Translations under genes and position numbers: made by a program | Assembly: GCF_964204645.1 (NCBI RefSeq) | Contig: NC_134030.1 | Location: 6,738,778 to 6,802,777, forward strand | Direction of reading: 5' to 3' | Length of the DNA stretch: 64,000 nucleotides | Source of the DNA: Tubulanus polymorphus | Taxonomy: Eukaryota; Animalia; Nemertea | Part shown: positions 25,874 to 38,899 of the stretch, one piece after another | How positions within the stretch are numbered: position 1 is the stretch's first letter | Layout: every line of letters begins with the position of its first letter | Notes under the pieces: model-generated | The model's database searches: none | What the model was told of the DNA's origin: nothing | What the model saw: the letters and a program-made list of their open reading frames with translations, nothing else

Positions 25874-28800
25874 ATGGCTGATACTTCGCCGATAGCTGAT
25901 GAGGCGTCAAGTTATGATGACTTCAACACCTTCGAATTTTCTGACAAAACCATTCGACAAGGTGACTATTTTGATACTTAATCTTGTCAGAGTCCGATTT
26001 TCACTATTCATTCCTTCCCTTCCCAGGCCTATCTATGACATGTCGGTGTTTCCCTGACAAAACTGCGAATGGCAAGAATGTCCAACCAGAAATATGTTGA
26101 AGCTAGAACCCAAATAAACAGAATCCCGTTTTGTTTTTACATTTTCATTGTAGTCCACCATCTGCATGCAATTCACAATATTCGATTGACAAGAGTCAGG
26201 AGACAAGAGTGGGGATGAATGAATGTACAAATCTTTCCACAAACAGATAACGAAATCAAAAGTATAGACGCAAAGAAATGTGTCACTTTTACTAAACTTA
26301 AAAAAGACACAATGTTTTGGGGGAGGGGGTGGTAGAAATCCTTCTCATTTCAACAATCACTGCGTATTGACGAGGGCCCACAGAAGCGTAAAAAGATGTA
26401 GCCTACCTCCCTGTATAGAATCAAATTGTAGGCCCTACATGGGATAGTTCGTTTGACATAACAAAATAATAGAAATGCTTGCTATCAATAATAGTGCATA
26501 GGCCTATGGCAAATAATATATATGCCACAAAAGATATTCATTACTTCCCACTGTTGTTCATGGAAAACTCCCACATGACAAGCAGAATAAATTTGAGAAT
26601 ATCAGTATAGCTCATTGGAATCTCTGATAATACTACGTCAGCATGTGTGGTTTATTGGCCAACTCTTATCATTAATAATGTAGATATACGTCTCACATCA
26701 TTGATTTTGTGTCCGGGGAAGCTGAAATGATCAGTCATCACTTTTTGAACAAATTTATTACAAATAAGTGGAACAATATTTTTTTTAACCTTTATATCCC
26801 ACTGATGTAAATTAACGATATGAATTTGTTCCTAGTTCAATCACCATGGCAGTTCCTGGCTCGAAACATAATGTTGTCAATCAATTCAACAATGCTGGGA
26901 ATGAAAGGGTTAGGCTTGAGGGTTAATCATGAATCTGGGCCCAGGACTTTGTACTCCCTATAACAAAAATAAATAAGAAGATACTGCAGTACAAAAGAAA
27001 TATTTTTGAAATAAAAACCTCTGTTAGAAGCTTAATTTTCCATAGAATTTCATAGAATAACAATTTAACAGGAAAATGTTTGAAAAAGGAGTTTTCTCGA
27101 AAAAAGGTCTTTTCGTTTAGGTTTGACCATATCAATACATATAGGTCTACATACTATGCATTGACATAACATAGGACTACAGGACTATATATGCTGTTCA
27201 TATGAACTGCACTGTGATCGGATCAACATGTTGCCAATGATGACAGCTCTGAGTGGACGCTTGGATACCTGCTCCACATGCATTTCAGCGCATTTCCGGC
27301 AGGCAGCAGGCAGTCTCACTGATACTTAGTTCCGGTGACCCAAAACAAAATGACATCACACACAATTATACTATGAATACCTAAATATCTGCCGTATCTT
27401 ATGAATAAATTGAATTGGGAATCAATTGGGAAATATGCCTGTGGGACATAGAAATGTCCGGTGGACTAGGTAGGGATCTTATGCTCGAATAGAATAATAC
27501 TATCCTGGGCAAACAGCCAAGCACTTAGTATTGAGCCATATATCTTGCTTTTGAATTTGCAGGTTTTATTCGGAAAGTGTACAGCATTCTTACCATACAA
27601 CTTCTAGTGACAATATCCATAATGTGTTGTTTCATATTTATGTAAGTTTTTGTTGTCAAAATAGCCATAAAACATTGATTCAATGCTAAAGGTTACTGCA
27701 TTTTCTCTTTAATGCAACATATTATCTTTATTTGCAGTGAGCCAGTAAAACAATGGGCTTTTGAGAACAATTGGGTATGGCTGGTTGCTTTGTAAGTATT
27801 ACCGGAATTCGGATAAGAGACTAGACTTTCAATTATTTGTTTCCATTGAAGGGAATCGTTTTATTTTCAGTGGTGTCACAATTATTTGTTTGATAGTTTT
27901 GGCGTGTTGTGCAGATGTCCGTAGAAAGTTTCCGATGAACATAATTTTTCTCGGAATTTTTGTAAGTTACTTGGTATTTTGAAGGCGTTTTACGTGTTGA
28001 ATTAGTACTACTGGGGTATATGGGGTCAGGCATCCCAATTTGATACCTTTTCTGTAATAATTTTAGACACTTTGCGAAGGAATTCTACTTGGAACAGTTT
28101 CATGGTGAGTATTTGGCTTCACTGAATCTAATGAAACCTCTCCTCATATTAGTGTCTAAGTTATGGCTGTAAAAATGTAAAAAAAATCTCTTGTTGTAAA
28201 ACTCAAAAACAGTTAAACTGGTGTGAGTGAGAAAGTAGCCATGTCATCATCCTACCTTCAAACTTTACATTAGAATCGGTCTTTTACCAAGATCCAGAGA
28301 ATACTTAGTAATACAACATTTCTTCAATCTCCAATTCTGAATTTCCAGTCGATACAAAACTGATGCCGTTCTTATGGCCGCTGGTATTACAACAGTAAGT
28401 TTAGACAATATCATTCTGGTTTCAATTCACTTCTGCTAAGATATTTTTGAAATACGTACTTTATGATTGCTAAAAGTAGTTCCTCCTTGTATAATTTCAG
28501 GTTGTGGCTGTAGGTCTGACAATATTCTCCTTCCAAACAAAGGTAATTAAATGAATGTGGGCCTACATCTGGATCATCAAAATTTTAGATATAAAACCAG
28601 AAAAAACTTAAACTTGCTTAATTCGGATCAGTTTTGTTCGGATTTTCACTCATTTCGGACTAGAATTCCAGTATCCTCTCGGTTATTTCTATTCAAATGA
28701 GAGCGCATAATTCGGATTTCGTTTAATTCGAAAACAATTTTCCAGTACCAGTTGATCCGAATTAAGCGAGTTCTACTGTACATGGTGGATTTTTGGTGAG

Positions 28801-29309
28801 ATTTATTTTACTTACCGGTATGATTGTTTTGCAGTGGGATTTTACTATGTGCAGCGGTGCCTTATTCGTTTTGACGATTGTCCTTCTTGTTTTCGGTATA
28901 ATTTGTCTGATCGTAAGGAATCGGGTTAGTACGAAATGATACTTATTACAAATTACATTCGCATGTTTGTTCGGTTGTTTCGAAATCAGTTACTCACACG
29001 CCATCTATCTATTTTCAGTATGCCTCAATCGCGTATGCATCTTTGGGAGCTCTGATTTTTGCAATGGTGAGTTTGGAAAAATTCAATTCTATTCGTTTTC
29101 ATTATTCAATAAGCGAAATACATACAAACAAACTGGTACTGATTTTTTTTCAGTATCTGGTAATGGACACTCAAATGATGATCGGAGGTAAACACAAGTA
29201 CGCTTTATCGCCTGAGGAATACATCTTCGCAGCATTAAATCTGTATCTGGATATCGTCAACATGTTCATGTTCATTTTATCGATTATCGGACTGTCCGGT
29301 GGAAACTAG
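25874..29309 (+). CDS. Protein Lifeguard / TMBIM (Bax inhibitor-1 family, GRINA/FAIM2/TMBIM1 group), 10 exons, 243 aa
   Basis: Exons 25874-25961, 27563-27641, 27738-27791, 27871-27961, 28067-28104, 28349-28394, 28501-28542, 28835-28924, 29019-29066, 29154-29309 (732 nt). Motifs: FSDKTIRQGFIRKVYSILTIQL, RRKFPMN, FSFQTKWDFT, YLVMDTQ, SPEEYIFAALNLYLDIVN. An in-frame TAA 9 nt upstream fixes the ATG. Confidence 0.95.
28611..28780. mobile_element. Tigger/pogo-like MITE in TMBIM intron 7 (left end eroded)
   Basis: Inverted termini AACTTGCTTAATTCGGATCA ... TGATCCGAATTAAGCGAGTTCTACTG followed by TA. Confidence 0.75.
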
Positions 29310-29319
29310 CCTCTTATTA

Positions 29320-29785
29320 CGGTAGACTCTGTCTAACCCGGTACCGGTCTATTGGGTTATCCGTTCAATTTTGGCAAAATTGATATAAGATTTCCATTTG
29401 CTACTGTTTTTCAATACATATTATATTTCGCCTAGTCCGGTATGGCTCTGTTCGGTAATCCGCCTTATCTGGTAAAATTTTGACTTCATTTCCATTCATT
29501 CAGCGCCTAAACCAATAAACCGCAACAGCTCTCTATAGGTGGTTCATATTAGGCCTGTAACTCGCATGTAGTACAATAGAAGAAGCTAACCCTCGGTGAT
29601 TTGTCTGATGATGATAAGAAATAAAAAGAGATGAGTGTCAAATACCATCAATTTAGATTGCTGCTTAGTAGTTCAGTAAATCCGTATTCATATCCATCGA
29701 TTTTCGTGGTTCTTCAAACTGGTAACCGCTTTATTCGGTGAAAACACCTAGGTTCCAACTGTACCGGTTTAAGCGGAGTCTACCG
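29320..29785. mobile_element. Tc1/mariner-pogo-type MITE with TA target-site duplication immediately after the TMBIM stop codon
   Basis: TA|CGGTAGACTCTGTCTAACCCGGTAC ... GTACCGGTTTAAGCGGAGTCTACCG|TA; 25-bp TIRs with 4 mismatches. Confidence 0.85.
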
Positions 29786-29979
29786 TACATATCCACATCT
29801 CTGTCATTAAAATGTCCAGGTAGCTGTAGTTGTTGTTTCTTGAAGCTGCCATTACACTGAGTGATTATCGATTATGCTCGTCAGAGAGGTAACTGGTTGT
29901 AGGCAAGATTAATATCAAACAAAGAGTCTTCGAAAGGCGTTAATTTGGATTAAGATATATATGCGAATATCATTCACAA

Positions 29980-30145
29980 TTAAGTCCAACGCACACAACA
30001 TAGGGAAACATGGAATCAAACATGCTTGATCTTGGAAACATCGTTTCCCGAAACCATGTTTCTTGTAAACGCAAGGGACACAAAGACATGCTCGGAAACA
30101 TATTTCTGTTTCCGTGTGTCTCTATGTTGTGTACGTTGGGCTTAA
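29980..30145. mobile_element. Small MITE, PIF/Harbinger-like, TTAA at both ends
   Basis: TTAAGTCCAACGCACACAACATAGGGAAACATGGAATCA ... TGTTTCCGTGTGTCTCTATGTTGTGTACGTTGGGCTTAA; ~35-bp imperfect TIRs. Confidence 0.8.
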
Positions 30146-31015
30146 GCGTTGTTAAAATGTGTCCAGTAAAACTGCAGAGTCATACAGATTTATTTTTGTT
30201 GTATACGCTAAGAATGTTAATAGTACTTACTATCGCTGAAATATCTAGTCTTATTGCACTAGTCTTAGTTAAGTCTAATTATTATGAATTTTAGATTAAA
30301 GTTATACAAAATATAACAAGCGATATATCATAGTTTATATATGTATTAGAATCCGCTTAGATATCTCTACTGACGGATCTGAACGTGTTGTGTGTATGTT
30401 AAAAATAGTGGTTACTGTAGCAAAATCCCGTCTGATTTATAGACTCGGTTGCTGTAGTTGAAAACTGTTTTTCTGATCTGACTTGTGCGTAATTTTCCAG
30501 TGAATTATAGTACATGTATTAACGAGAGAACATAGATGTGCGAAAAAGAAAGTACCGTACACTTTGGCTGACGACAAACTTTCCTCATTCTACCTTTGGT
30601 AAGCCGAGTCAGTTCTGAATCGGTTATGTTTCTATCCCACCAAAAAACCAACCTTAACGAACTATGAGTATTATTGTATTCTTGTTTTGATACATGTTTT
30701 TGTGCTTTTTGGTTTTTGGGTTGTTCGAAGTAAACTGCTAGATCTGACGATTGATGATTCTAAGTTAACTGTACCTCTAGAATGGTGAAACTTAACTCGA
30801 TATAATCAGCCCTAAATACCGCTACTCGCAGCTATCCGCGTTGTGTTAACATCTTTTCCAGGTCTTAACATGTATTTATGTACTTCAATTTGTTTGATGT
30901 AGATTAATTCTATGATACTCATATTTATCTTAATGAACTTTATCGAATGATGTTTGTTGCCTTGCATTTATTCGTTGCATTTCTATCTTCGAAAACGGCT
31001 TTCCGGTAGGCTATA

Positions 31016-31154
31016 CAGTGAATCTCGCCTAACTCAGATGAAACTGGGACCGGAAAAATTGGTCCGATGGGGAAATGTGTTAAGAAGAAGTCGGGAAAAT
31101 GATTTTGTTTTTTTCCCGAGTTTGTCAGATTTCCGAGTAAGGCTAGGTTTACTG
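31016..31154. mobile_element. Tigger/pogo-like MITE (139 bp, TA TSD)
   Basis: TA|CAGTGAATCTCGCCTAACTCAGA ... TCCGAGTAAGGCTAGGTTTACTG|TA. Confidence 0.8.
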
Positions 31155-32510
31155 TATAATGATATGTGTTCGTTATGCATGAAACTGTTGAATGACTAAG
31201 ATATTGCATGTCTATGAAATAGAATATTTATATTTATATAGTTAAAGGTGAAGCGGTTGAAAATATAATTACAAAAAATGTATCTTATCCTCCGAGGCAA
31301 CAGCGCAGTTAAACGAAACTGTGATTAGACTAGTCTTGAATGTTGAGTCTGGTCTCAAGTGTTGGAATACACAGTAGTAGGCTCGTATCGAATTATTTTG
31401 GATTTCTCAGTTATTTCACGAGTTTTGTGTTACGACCGGGTAATTCGTAATGTATGAATATTTATTGGATGGAAACTCTTTGAGAAAAAATATATGTAGT
31501 TAGTAAAATTATAATATTTCGTATTTTGTTTGTGTTTTGTATTTGAAGAAGATCCGACAGTCTAAAAACATTCGAAGACAAACTTACATTTGATGAGCTC
31601 ATTGAAGATATTCTTTTGTATTTAGACACCAAAATATTCGAGCAAATTTATATACGCGATACCAGGCATATCTGGTTGGCGTTTTTTTTAGCAGAATCCG
31701 AGGTCTAAGGACACGACTGTTTACATTCACTGTTTGACTGGCACACCTGTCCGCCATGTTGCTCGCAATAGTCAACCTTCACTGAAAAGAACCGAAAATA
31801 ATAGCGTATGACAATTCTTTACTGATATGTAGACTATCTTCCAAAATCACTCGCGAATAAGCAGGCAAGTTACGTAGGGACGATCGTGGACAATGTAATG
31901 ATGAGGAACATAATGTTTCTAAACACCCCTTGAAAGCGAAAATAATCGTGATGTGCCTTAAATTTGTTTTAAAGATTAATTGAGAAATTATGTCGTTTTC
32001 AATTTCTGGAAACCATTCAAACGTGACTTGCCCCTATCATTCCCTTCTAGTAGTGCTAGTAGTGTTCATGAGAGTTCTATATGATGATTTTTATGTATCA
32101 AAGCCTTCTGAATGCTTTACGAAAAAATCTGATAATATTCAAATACTTCGAACTTACCCACGCAGTCGAATTCGTCTTGACCGTTATCACAAATACGGTT
32201 GACGTTGCATCTCTCAGCGTATGTGACACACTGGTCAGGTACGCCATTTTGTGTACAGTAAGAATGACAATCCGAATACTATTAATACACCAGAACGTAT
32301 AAATTAGAAACGATGACTGTCAACGGTATGCAGGCAGAAACGGAGGGGCCCCGTGTGTAATGAATGAATTAAGATTGTTCGTCTGCTGGCAGACGTATTC
32401 GGCAGAATACATGTACAGTGCGTTGTTACATTTCTATCTAATTACGAATTCTTCAGGACGCTGTTGAAAATCATCATGCGGGTGATTAATGATGACGTTA
32501 GAAATATGTA

Positions 32511-32838
32511 CGGAAGCGCCCTGGGGACATAATGAATTTTTTTTTTGCTGATTGGAAAATCATTAAATTAGATAAAAATTCGTTTTTTTTGGTTAAATGT
32601 TATGTTTTATGACTTTAATGACTTTCTTCGCGGAATTAAATCATTTTTGATTTAATTTTATGTTTTTTCCATAAAATTAAATACAAAAATGATTTAATTC
32701 CGTGAAAAGAAGTCGGAATTAAATCAACGCCGGTTGAAAAAACATAACATTTAATGCAAAATCGAATTTTCATTCAATGTTATGATTTTTCAATCAACGA
32801 AAAATGAAAAAATTCATTATGTCACTAGGACGCCTCCG
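32511..32838. mobile_element. Foldback-type MITE with ~100-bp TIRs and TA TSD (superfamily unassigned)
   Basis: TA|CGGAAGCGCCCTGGGGACATAATGAATTTT ... AAAATTCATTATGTCACTAGGACGCCTCCG|TA. The interior is also palindromic (GGAATTAAATCATTTTTG / CAAAAATGATTTAATTCC). Confidence 0.85.
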
Positions 32839-34415
32839 TAATTAATATGAGTTAAAAAATCAGTTCATTTTCGATGTTGTAACTCTCGAATCAAAACTCA
32901 GATTTGTGGAACTGGATCACGATTTTTAGATGTATTTACCACGGTTTCGACCATACTGACGATCAGAATTACTGCTATAGTCGCTATAGTCACAGAAAAC
33001 CTCATCTTGAAACTTTTCTTGGCTGAAATCAAAAGCCTTTGTGTTTGAGAATGTTCTCAGTTCAAATTTTCAAGAAACTTGTAAGCAATTATTATCGACT
33101 TTTCAGAGACTCCTTTATATGAAGAATGATTTCCAGCTTCCAAACCCAAAATTGATATCCACATCCCCACACAGATTATTCCAAAGTTTTCATTCCCAGT
33201 CTTCACTTTTCAAGATAATAGTGTGGATATGTTCTCTAGATATAGCCAACACCCTCGTATTTTGAAATAAAACTAACGCCGACGGCAAAGTAGAAATACG
33301 AAATAGGTTTACTTACTTTAGGCTTATCGTTAGTTGACAAAATTCGCTTCGAGAGAACGGAGTTTCGCTGGCATACGGGTCGTGATGTCACCTGTTTTAT
33401 ATACACGAAAATGATCCCCATCTGCGAATTGGATTTTACTTAATCCGATTTGAAACCTCGTTGAGGTGACGCGTGAATATGTCTCAATCACCATTGACGA
33501 TTTCATAATCGAAAACGCTATTTTCATTTAAAACCATTTATCTTGAAATATGGATGATTATCTCGGTATTTTACCCTTACAAATCCAGCACACCTGTCGG
33601 GTTTGGACGGGGGGGGGTGTTGATTTGTAAATCGGTTAATTCTTAACCGATTATTTCGAACAGTGCTGTTATCGCCAAAATCGGCGCCAATTGCCCTGGT
33701 CAGGACGATTATTTTGAGGACGATGTCTATAGCCGCGGGCACTTTTGGCATTTGCCAAATTTGACCCGACCAACGCGCTCTCAAATTAAGCACGGGCCAA
33801 ATTTTACTCGGGCCTGATCCGTGCCAATTTGGCCCGGGCCAATTCGTCTGCATGTGATGGCAGCTATATTGGTCAGAACTGATCACCGAAATGCACCGAA
33901 GTTCGCCCATAGGCAACACATGTTTCGATACTTCAACTTCTATACAATCATTGAGAGGTACGTAATGACGGTTAATACGAATTTTATTGTCAACACGATA
34001 TCGAAATACATTAAATATATCCGTTTATTAAATATGATATCGATAGATTTATTAAATCGGTCTCTCGAGTAGCGCTGCAACGCCGAGTTTAAGTTCAACA
34101 TAACGATGATTTAACGATTAAACGTATTAAGAGTGTTTTTGTAAAATAAACTTACATATCATGGACTAACCACCGATATCGGAAACACAAGGAAAACTTA
34201 CAGCAACTAGTATATGATTACTTCTACGTCAATTAATTCATTTTACATGATATATAGTTCATCTTGTAAAGGAAATGATATAATCGTATAGAAAATGTCG
34301 TTACTCTTTCACAAATGTAGCGCTTTTCTAGAAAAAATACTACAACCAGTGTGCCGATATAAAGTTAAAATCCCTGGTTCTGGCTCATTTTAATTAACTT
34401 GATCCCTAGGCCTAT

Positions 34416-37077
34416 TCATTTTCGAGACATGGTTTTAACCGTCGACATTTCATTCGGTGGTTTTTGAAACCGTTGTTTGAACAGACTCAAAACGCGTTTG
34501 TTACACGCGAATGCTACGGCGATGAAAACGCCTTGCATCGAATTGATGACGTCAAATATGAACCAAACGATCAGGTGATCGACAGCGATGGCGACGAATC
34601 CAACGATCCACGTAAGACCCAAAACTATCGATACTCGGCCGATGATTCTAAACTGAGTGTGCATGTGACTTAGACTCGACCCTTTCATCATCGACATGCG
34701 GATACCCCAAATAATCGCAGCGAACAAGATGTAATTAATTAGGACCAAAAAAGAGATCGGCAAGACGAATCCGTAAAGCATAACTTGTTTGTTGCTGATC
34801 CAACAAATACCTAATCTTCCGTAGATAGCGAGCGAGCCGGTGAATTCGCACGTTATCAGAGGAACGACGATCAAAAGAGGAATGAACCACACTGACAGTA
34901 AATATAGGCAAAACGCCGTTTTCTCATTGAAATCTCTTTTAAATGTAGTGAACGCTAGGCCCATTTTAACAGCAATGGAGCTCATAGAAACGAAAACAAC
35001 TAACCATAAATAGTGTTTCAGGGCGGATACATAGATGCATACGTCAGAATGATTGACAGTAGTAGTTGTCAACTGAAGTACTAAGGCGATCAGTAGAGCT
35101 ACACAGAGATTCATCAATAACAATCCCGGTATATTTCTTAACTCGGCAAATAGTATGAATACTATTATTGTAAAACCTAAACTTAGTATCGAAAGTGAAC
35201 TGCTAATTGGAACTATATGTGAAAACAGCCTGCTCAGGTCACTTTCAGTATTGATTCCAGGTCTGATGACACATTTTGTTGTTGAGTTGCCATACCTTTT
35301 TCTAATACAATCGGTAAGTGGAGTGTGGCAGGTTCGACTTGCGACAATAATACCACGACCGTAACGCGCTGTTATGTTATGCAAAACTAGTCGACCCGTC
35401 TCTGCCTCCATTTCTACAGAAAACCGTTCTACGGATTTCATATCGGCCGTTTCTGGTAGATGCGTGTAGATCGGTTCTGCGGCGCAGACCGTCCTCGGAT
35501 TTATGTCGTACGTTGTTAGCGTTTCCTCGATGAAAAAGTATTCGAAACCTTCGAATACGCAGCCGATATAATTTCGACTTTCGTTGATTAGTTTCCAACC
35601 TAATGTTTCGTTTATACTGTATAATTTCCTTTCAGAATATAGATACTTGACGATCATTTCATATTTATCATTTTCAAGCTTTTTAATGTCACCGACTTGC
35701 TGAAGTGGACGATGTTTCCGATGATCGGAACACAAATTCACCCCTGGAAGTGTAATAGGTGTCTCATACTGGTCTGTAGGAAATAAAAACCTCAATTCAA
35801 TTTCTATATTTACTTCCATGAAATAGATCTCCGTGTTCAAACGACACAATTTTCCATCCCTTTCATAGCCAAGCAGGCACGCTTCGCTTGTACACATGTA
35901 TAAATTATGATCGAATATTTCATCAGCTGTGCATTCGCTATCGATAGAAACGATTGGTGTAAATGTATTGTCTAGAGTTTGATAACGCAGACCATCTGTT
36001 AAACTGAAGTCGAGAAGTATTTTCAGGCCTAATTTGTAACGTGAATATGGGTTCTTCTTTACCAATAGACAGAACAACTGATCCTCATCGACCTTGAGAC
36101 CAGCATTAAAACATTCGATGCAATAATAGTTTTTGTATGCGAGTGCTCTGGAATCGTTGAACGTTATAATCGGATTCAGGATTTGCTGACAAGCCTTACA
36201 TATCGGAGATAAAACGTTCGTTATCACAGGGAGGCGGGCCTGCGTGGTTATAAAAAGTGCTACCGGAGATGTTTTGGGGCGAATTTCTGTAACAAGTTCA
36301 TGGTCCCAATCTTCGGCACATTGACGGAGTATCGGTTGCTGTTCATTCACCGCATTGGGATCAGGATTCTTGAAGAGTAATGAGCAATTTGTGGGAATGT
36401 TTCCTGCAGCTACCGCCTCTCTCACCGACGAATGCAATTCCTCGCGAAGACCAGGACAGAATATAAGCGGTTTGATCAGAGTTACCTGGTCGTTACGAAG
36501 ACTATGACATCGTGCGCAAAATATGTTTTTAAACGGTAGCCAACCTGCTTTAAAAACAGCGTACGACTGCAACACGTGGTCGGTAGAATTTTCGCATTTA
36601 AGTTTTATGCGATTGTCACCATCAAAATCACTGGCGCACGTGTTGATCATCCAGTAATAACCTGGTTTTAGGAAATTGATGCGTATGCATGAGGCGTGTT
36701 TCACCTGAAAATGAAGCCTCTTGCTCTGGTCAGTCTTCGCATTAGGAACCGGTCCACAGCAGTCTCCAAACACATGACAGTAGTAATCCGACTGGACACA
36801 ATCCGTACAAGTTGGTTCCAGTTCAGCCTCGCCGTTTTTTATCCAGGTTACATTTTTGACGTAGATTACCTCGTCGCCAATTCGAAGTTCTTTAGCACCT
36901 ACTGGCAGAATATCGCCATCCGCAACGACTAGAACATAAACGTGAAAAAACAGCGTTTGAATTACATACCCGATGTTATGTATCTCTTCTGTAAATAGTT
37001 TCGACATTACCTGATTTTACCACTAAAACCAATGTTAGAACACTCCCACATAATTTGAACCAATTTTTCGATGCCAT
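34416..37077 (-). CDS. Methuselah-like / secretin-adhesion class (7tm_2) GPCR with a Cys-rich SMB-like ectodomain, ~859 aa
   Basis: Signal-peptide exon 37077-37011 (MASKNWFKLCGSVLTLVLVVKS), then an 82-nt intron, then exon 36928-34416 (VVADGD...). Ectodomain has CVQSDYYCHVFGDCC, FKNIFCARCH and YKNYYCIEC. The 7TM region has LRNIPGLLLMNLCVAL, HYLWL, CWISN, LGLTWIVGF and NSMQGVFI. Confidence 0.9.
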
Positions 37078-38899
37078 TTTGTATCGCTAGGCACTCAATA
37101 TCCTTAAAATTTTCGAATTCTACGAGCCTATTGATTCAGAGTCCATAACACCAGAGATCTCTCACGCATCTCGGAAAATCATTCTCTAACTGAATAGATA
37201 AATGGTTTTGAACTGGTGATTTGAAATATCTTCCTTGAACGACGTGCGGTTTTGAAGGGAGGATATTGTCTACCCACGAAACGAAATATCATCTCATACC
37301 AAAATCAAAAGACCCTCTGTAACTAAGACTTTAAAACCACACCCATCTTTTGTTTCATTTTGACCCATTTCATCAACACTTATATGGCATCTACAGCTGC
37401 TGGCGAAGGCTATATGAAATTCAATCAACGATTGTTTGTCATTAGGATTTAGCTTCTTAGACCTTTTAGTTCGGTAATCTCTTCTACCGAAAATTACTAA
37501 ATGAGCTTTAGAATAATTTCACGCAATCTTTCCATTTAAATCATTATTGTATGTATGTAGGAAAAATATATTACTTGGTCTGCGCATCCGCCTGCCAGAG
37601 TTCTGCAAAGATCATCAAATTAAAAAAGAATTTTTTAGCCCTGCTTTGTGTTTTCATCACATTTTATCAATGAAGTAATTCTTTTTATATGTCTTGATTT
37701 TCAATCTAGTAACTTGTAAAAGTTATGTTCAATTTCGCGATTTGCAAAAAAGTGTTGCTTTTTTCATTTTTTCCCATCATTTGAATCAAGTTAATCACAA
37801 CTTTCACTCCCTCTTTAACTTTTTTTCTGCAGTCCATGAGAGGTTATAAAAAAAATTTATTTTCTTAATTTTCTTGCCCCCATTTCAAACCGCCGATGAT
37901 AAGAAAAGCTTTTTTTCCATCGCCCTCCAAATTTGTTCATGAAAAAACCCGTATTCCAGGTAATTAGAAAAGGCCTTAATACAAATACACTATCTATTGT
38001 CAACCCGACGACCTGATGACAAACCTAATTCCTATGATTCTTCTAAAACGTAAAATAGAGCCTGTTGTACCAATCTCCGCTATTTGACAAATGATTGGAC
38101 GAACCAGGGAAGTACCACCATTTGCTCTCGGACAAGAACGGCATTGATTTTCCTTGCTGTTGAACGCGCGCCATGTCACCATGTGCATTCATGCGAGCAA
38201 GGCTCTTCCTTGCAGCATTCTTCCTTTCAGCATCTAAAATTTGCAAAATTCCATTTTATTGCGGATCTCCTGTGATGTTTTTAATTGGCCGGGGTCGACA
38301 TTTCCTCGGCTCTCTAGCTCATTCGAGGCGAAAAACGATAACAATTTAGCACGCCTCGAGCGTATGAAACCTACGTATTCTCGATTATAGCTTGTAGCTT
38401 ATAAGTTGGAACCACAGAAAAATCAGAAAATTTGAACGTTTTAGATGCGTTTCCTGGCCATTCTAAAAAAAAAAAACGGGAATCAAACGCCGAACATCGA
38501 CAAGCGGGAACTGGTAACGACCTAAGTGGACGAGTCGGTAGAAAACACGACTATCATCATTACCATCATGAACCGCAGTTAAAATTCCTTTTTTTAATGA
38601 AATATTTTCATTAATTTTATTTCGTCGTGGTAACCGTGAGCTACAAAGACAATTTCTCCATTTAACTTAATCGCGACAATGCATTTGCCAAATGATTCCA
38701 TATAATGACACTGTACCTGCAACTTAACTTTCTTCTAAAACTTATAACATGCATTCTGTTTATAACCAGCAGAGAATCCGTCTGTCTATTCCTTTCTATA
38801 TTCTATACTAATTGTGAAGTGGCGATTGTATCCTTATAGTGGAATGTAGTGAATGCAACTAATTTGATTTAACGTTCAGTAACCATGGGTGTTCGTTGT

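Noticed and set aside
32848-33920. Possible Kolobok/hAT-type elements and GC-rich ORFs
   Set aside because: Termini match only weakly and there are no transposase motifs. Probably repeat-derived but could not be delimited.
38000-38246. Short minus-strand ORFs resembling a neuropeptide or an insulin A-chain (EECCKEEPCSHEC)
   Set aside because: The Cys pattern partly comes from a 15-bp tandem duplication and is bounded by stops. No signal-peptide exon or amidation/cleavage pattern was found.
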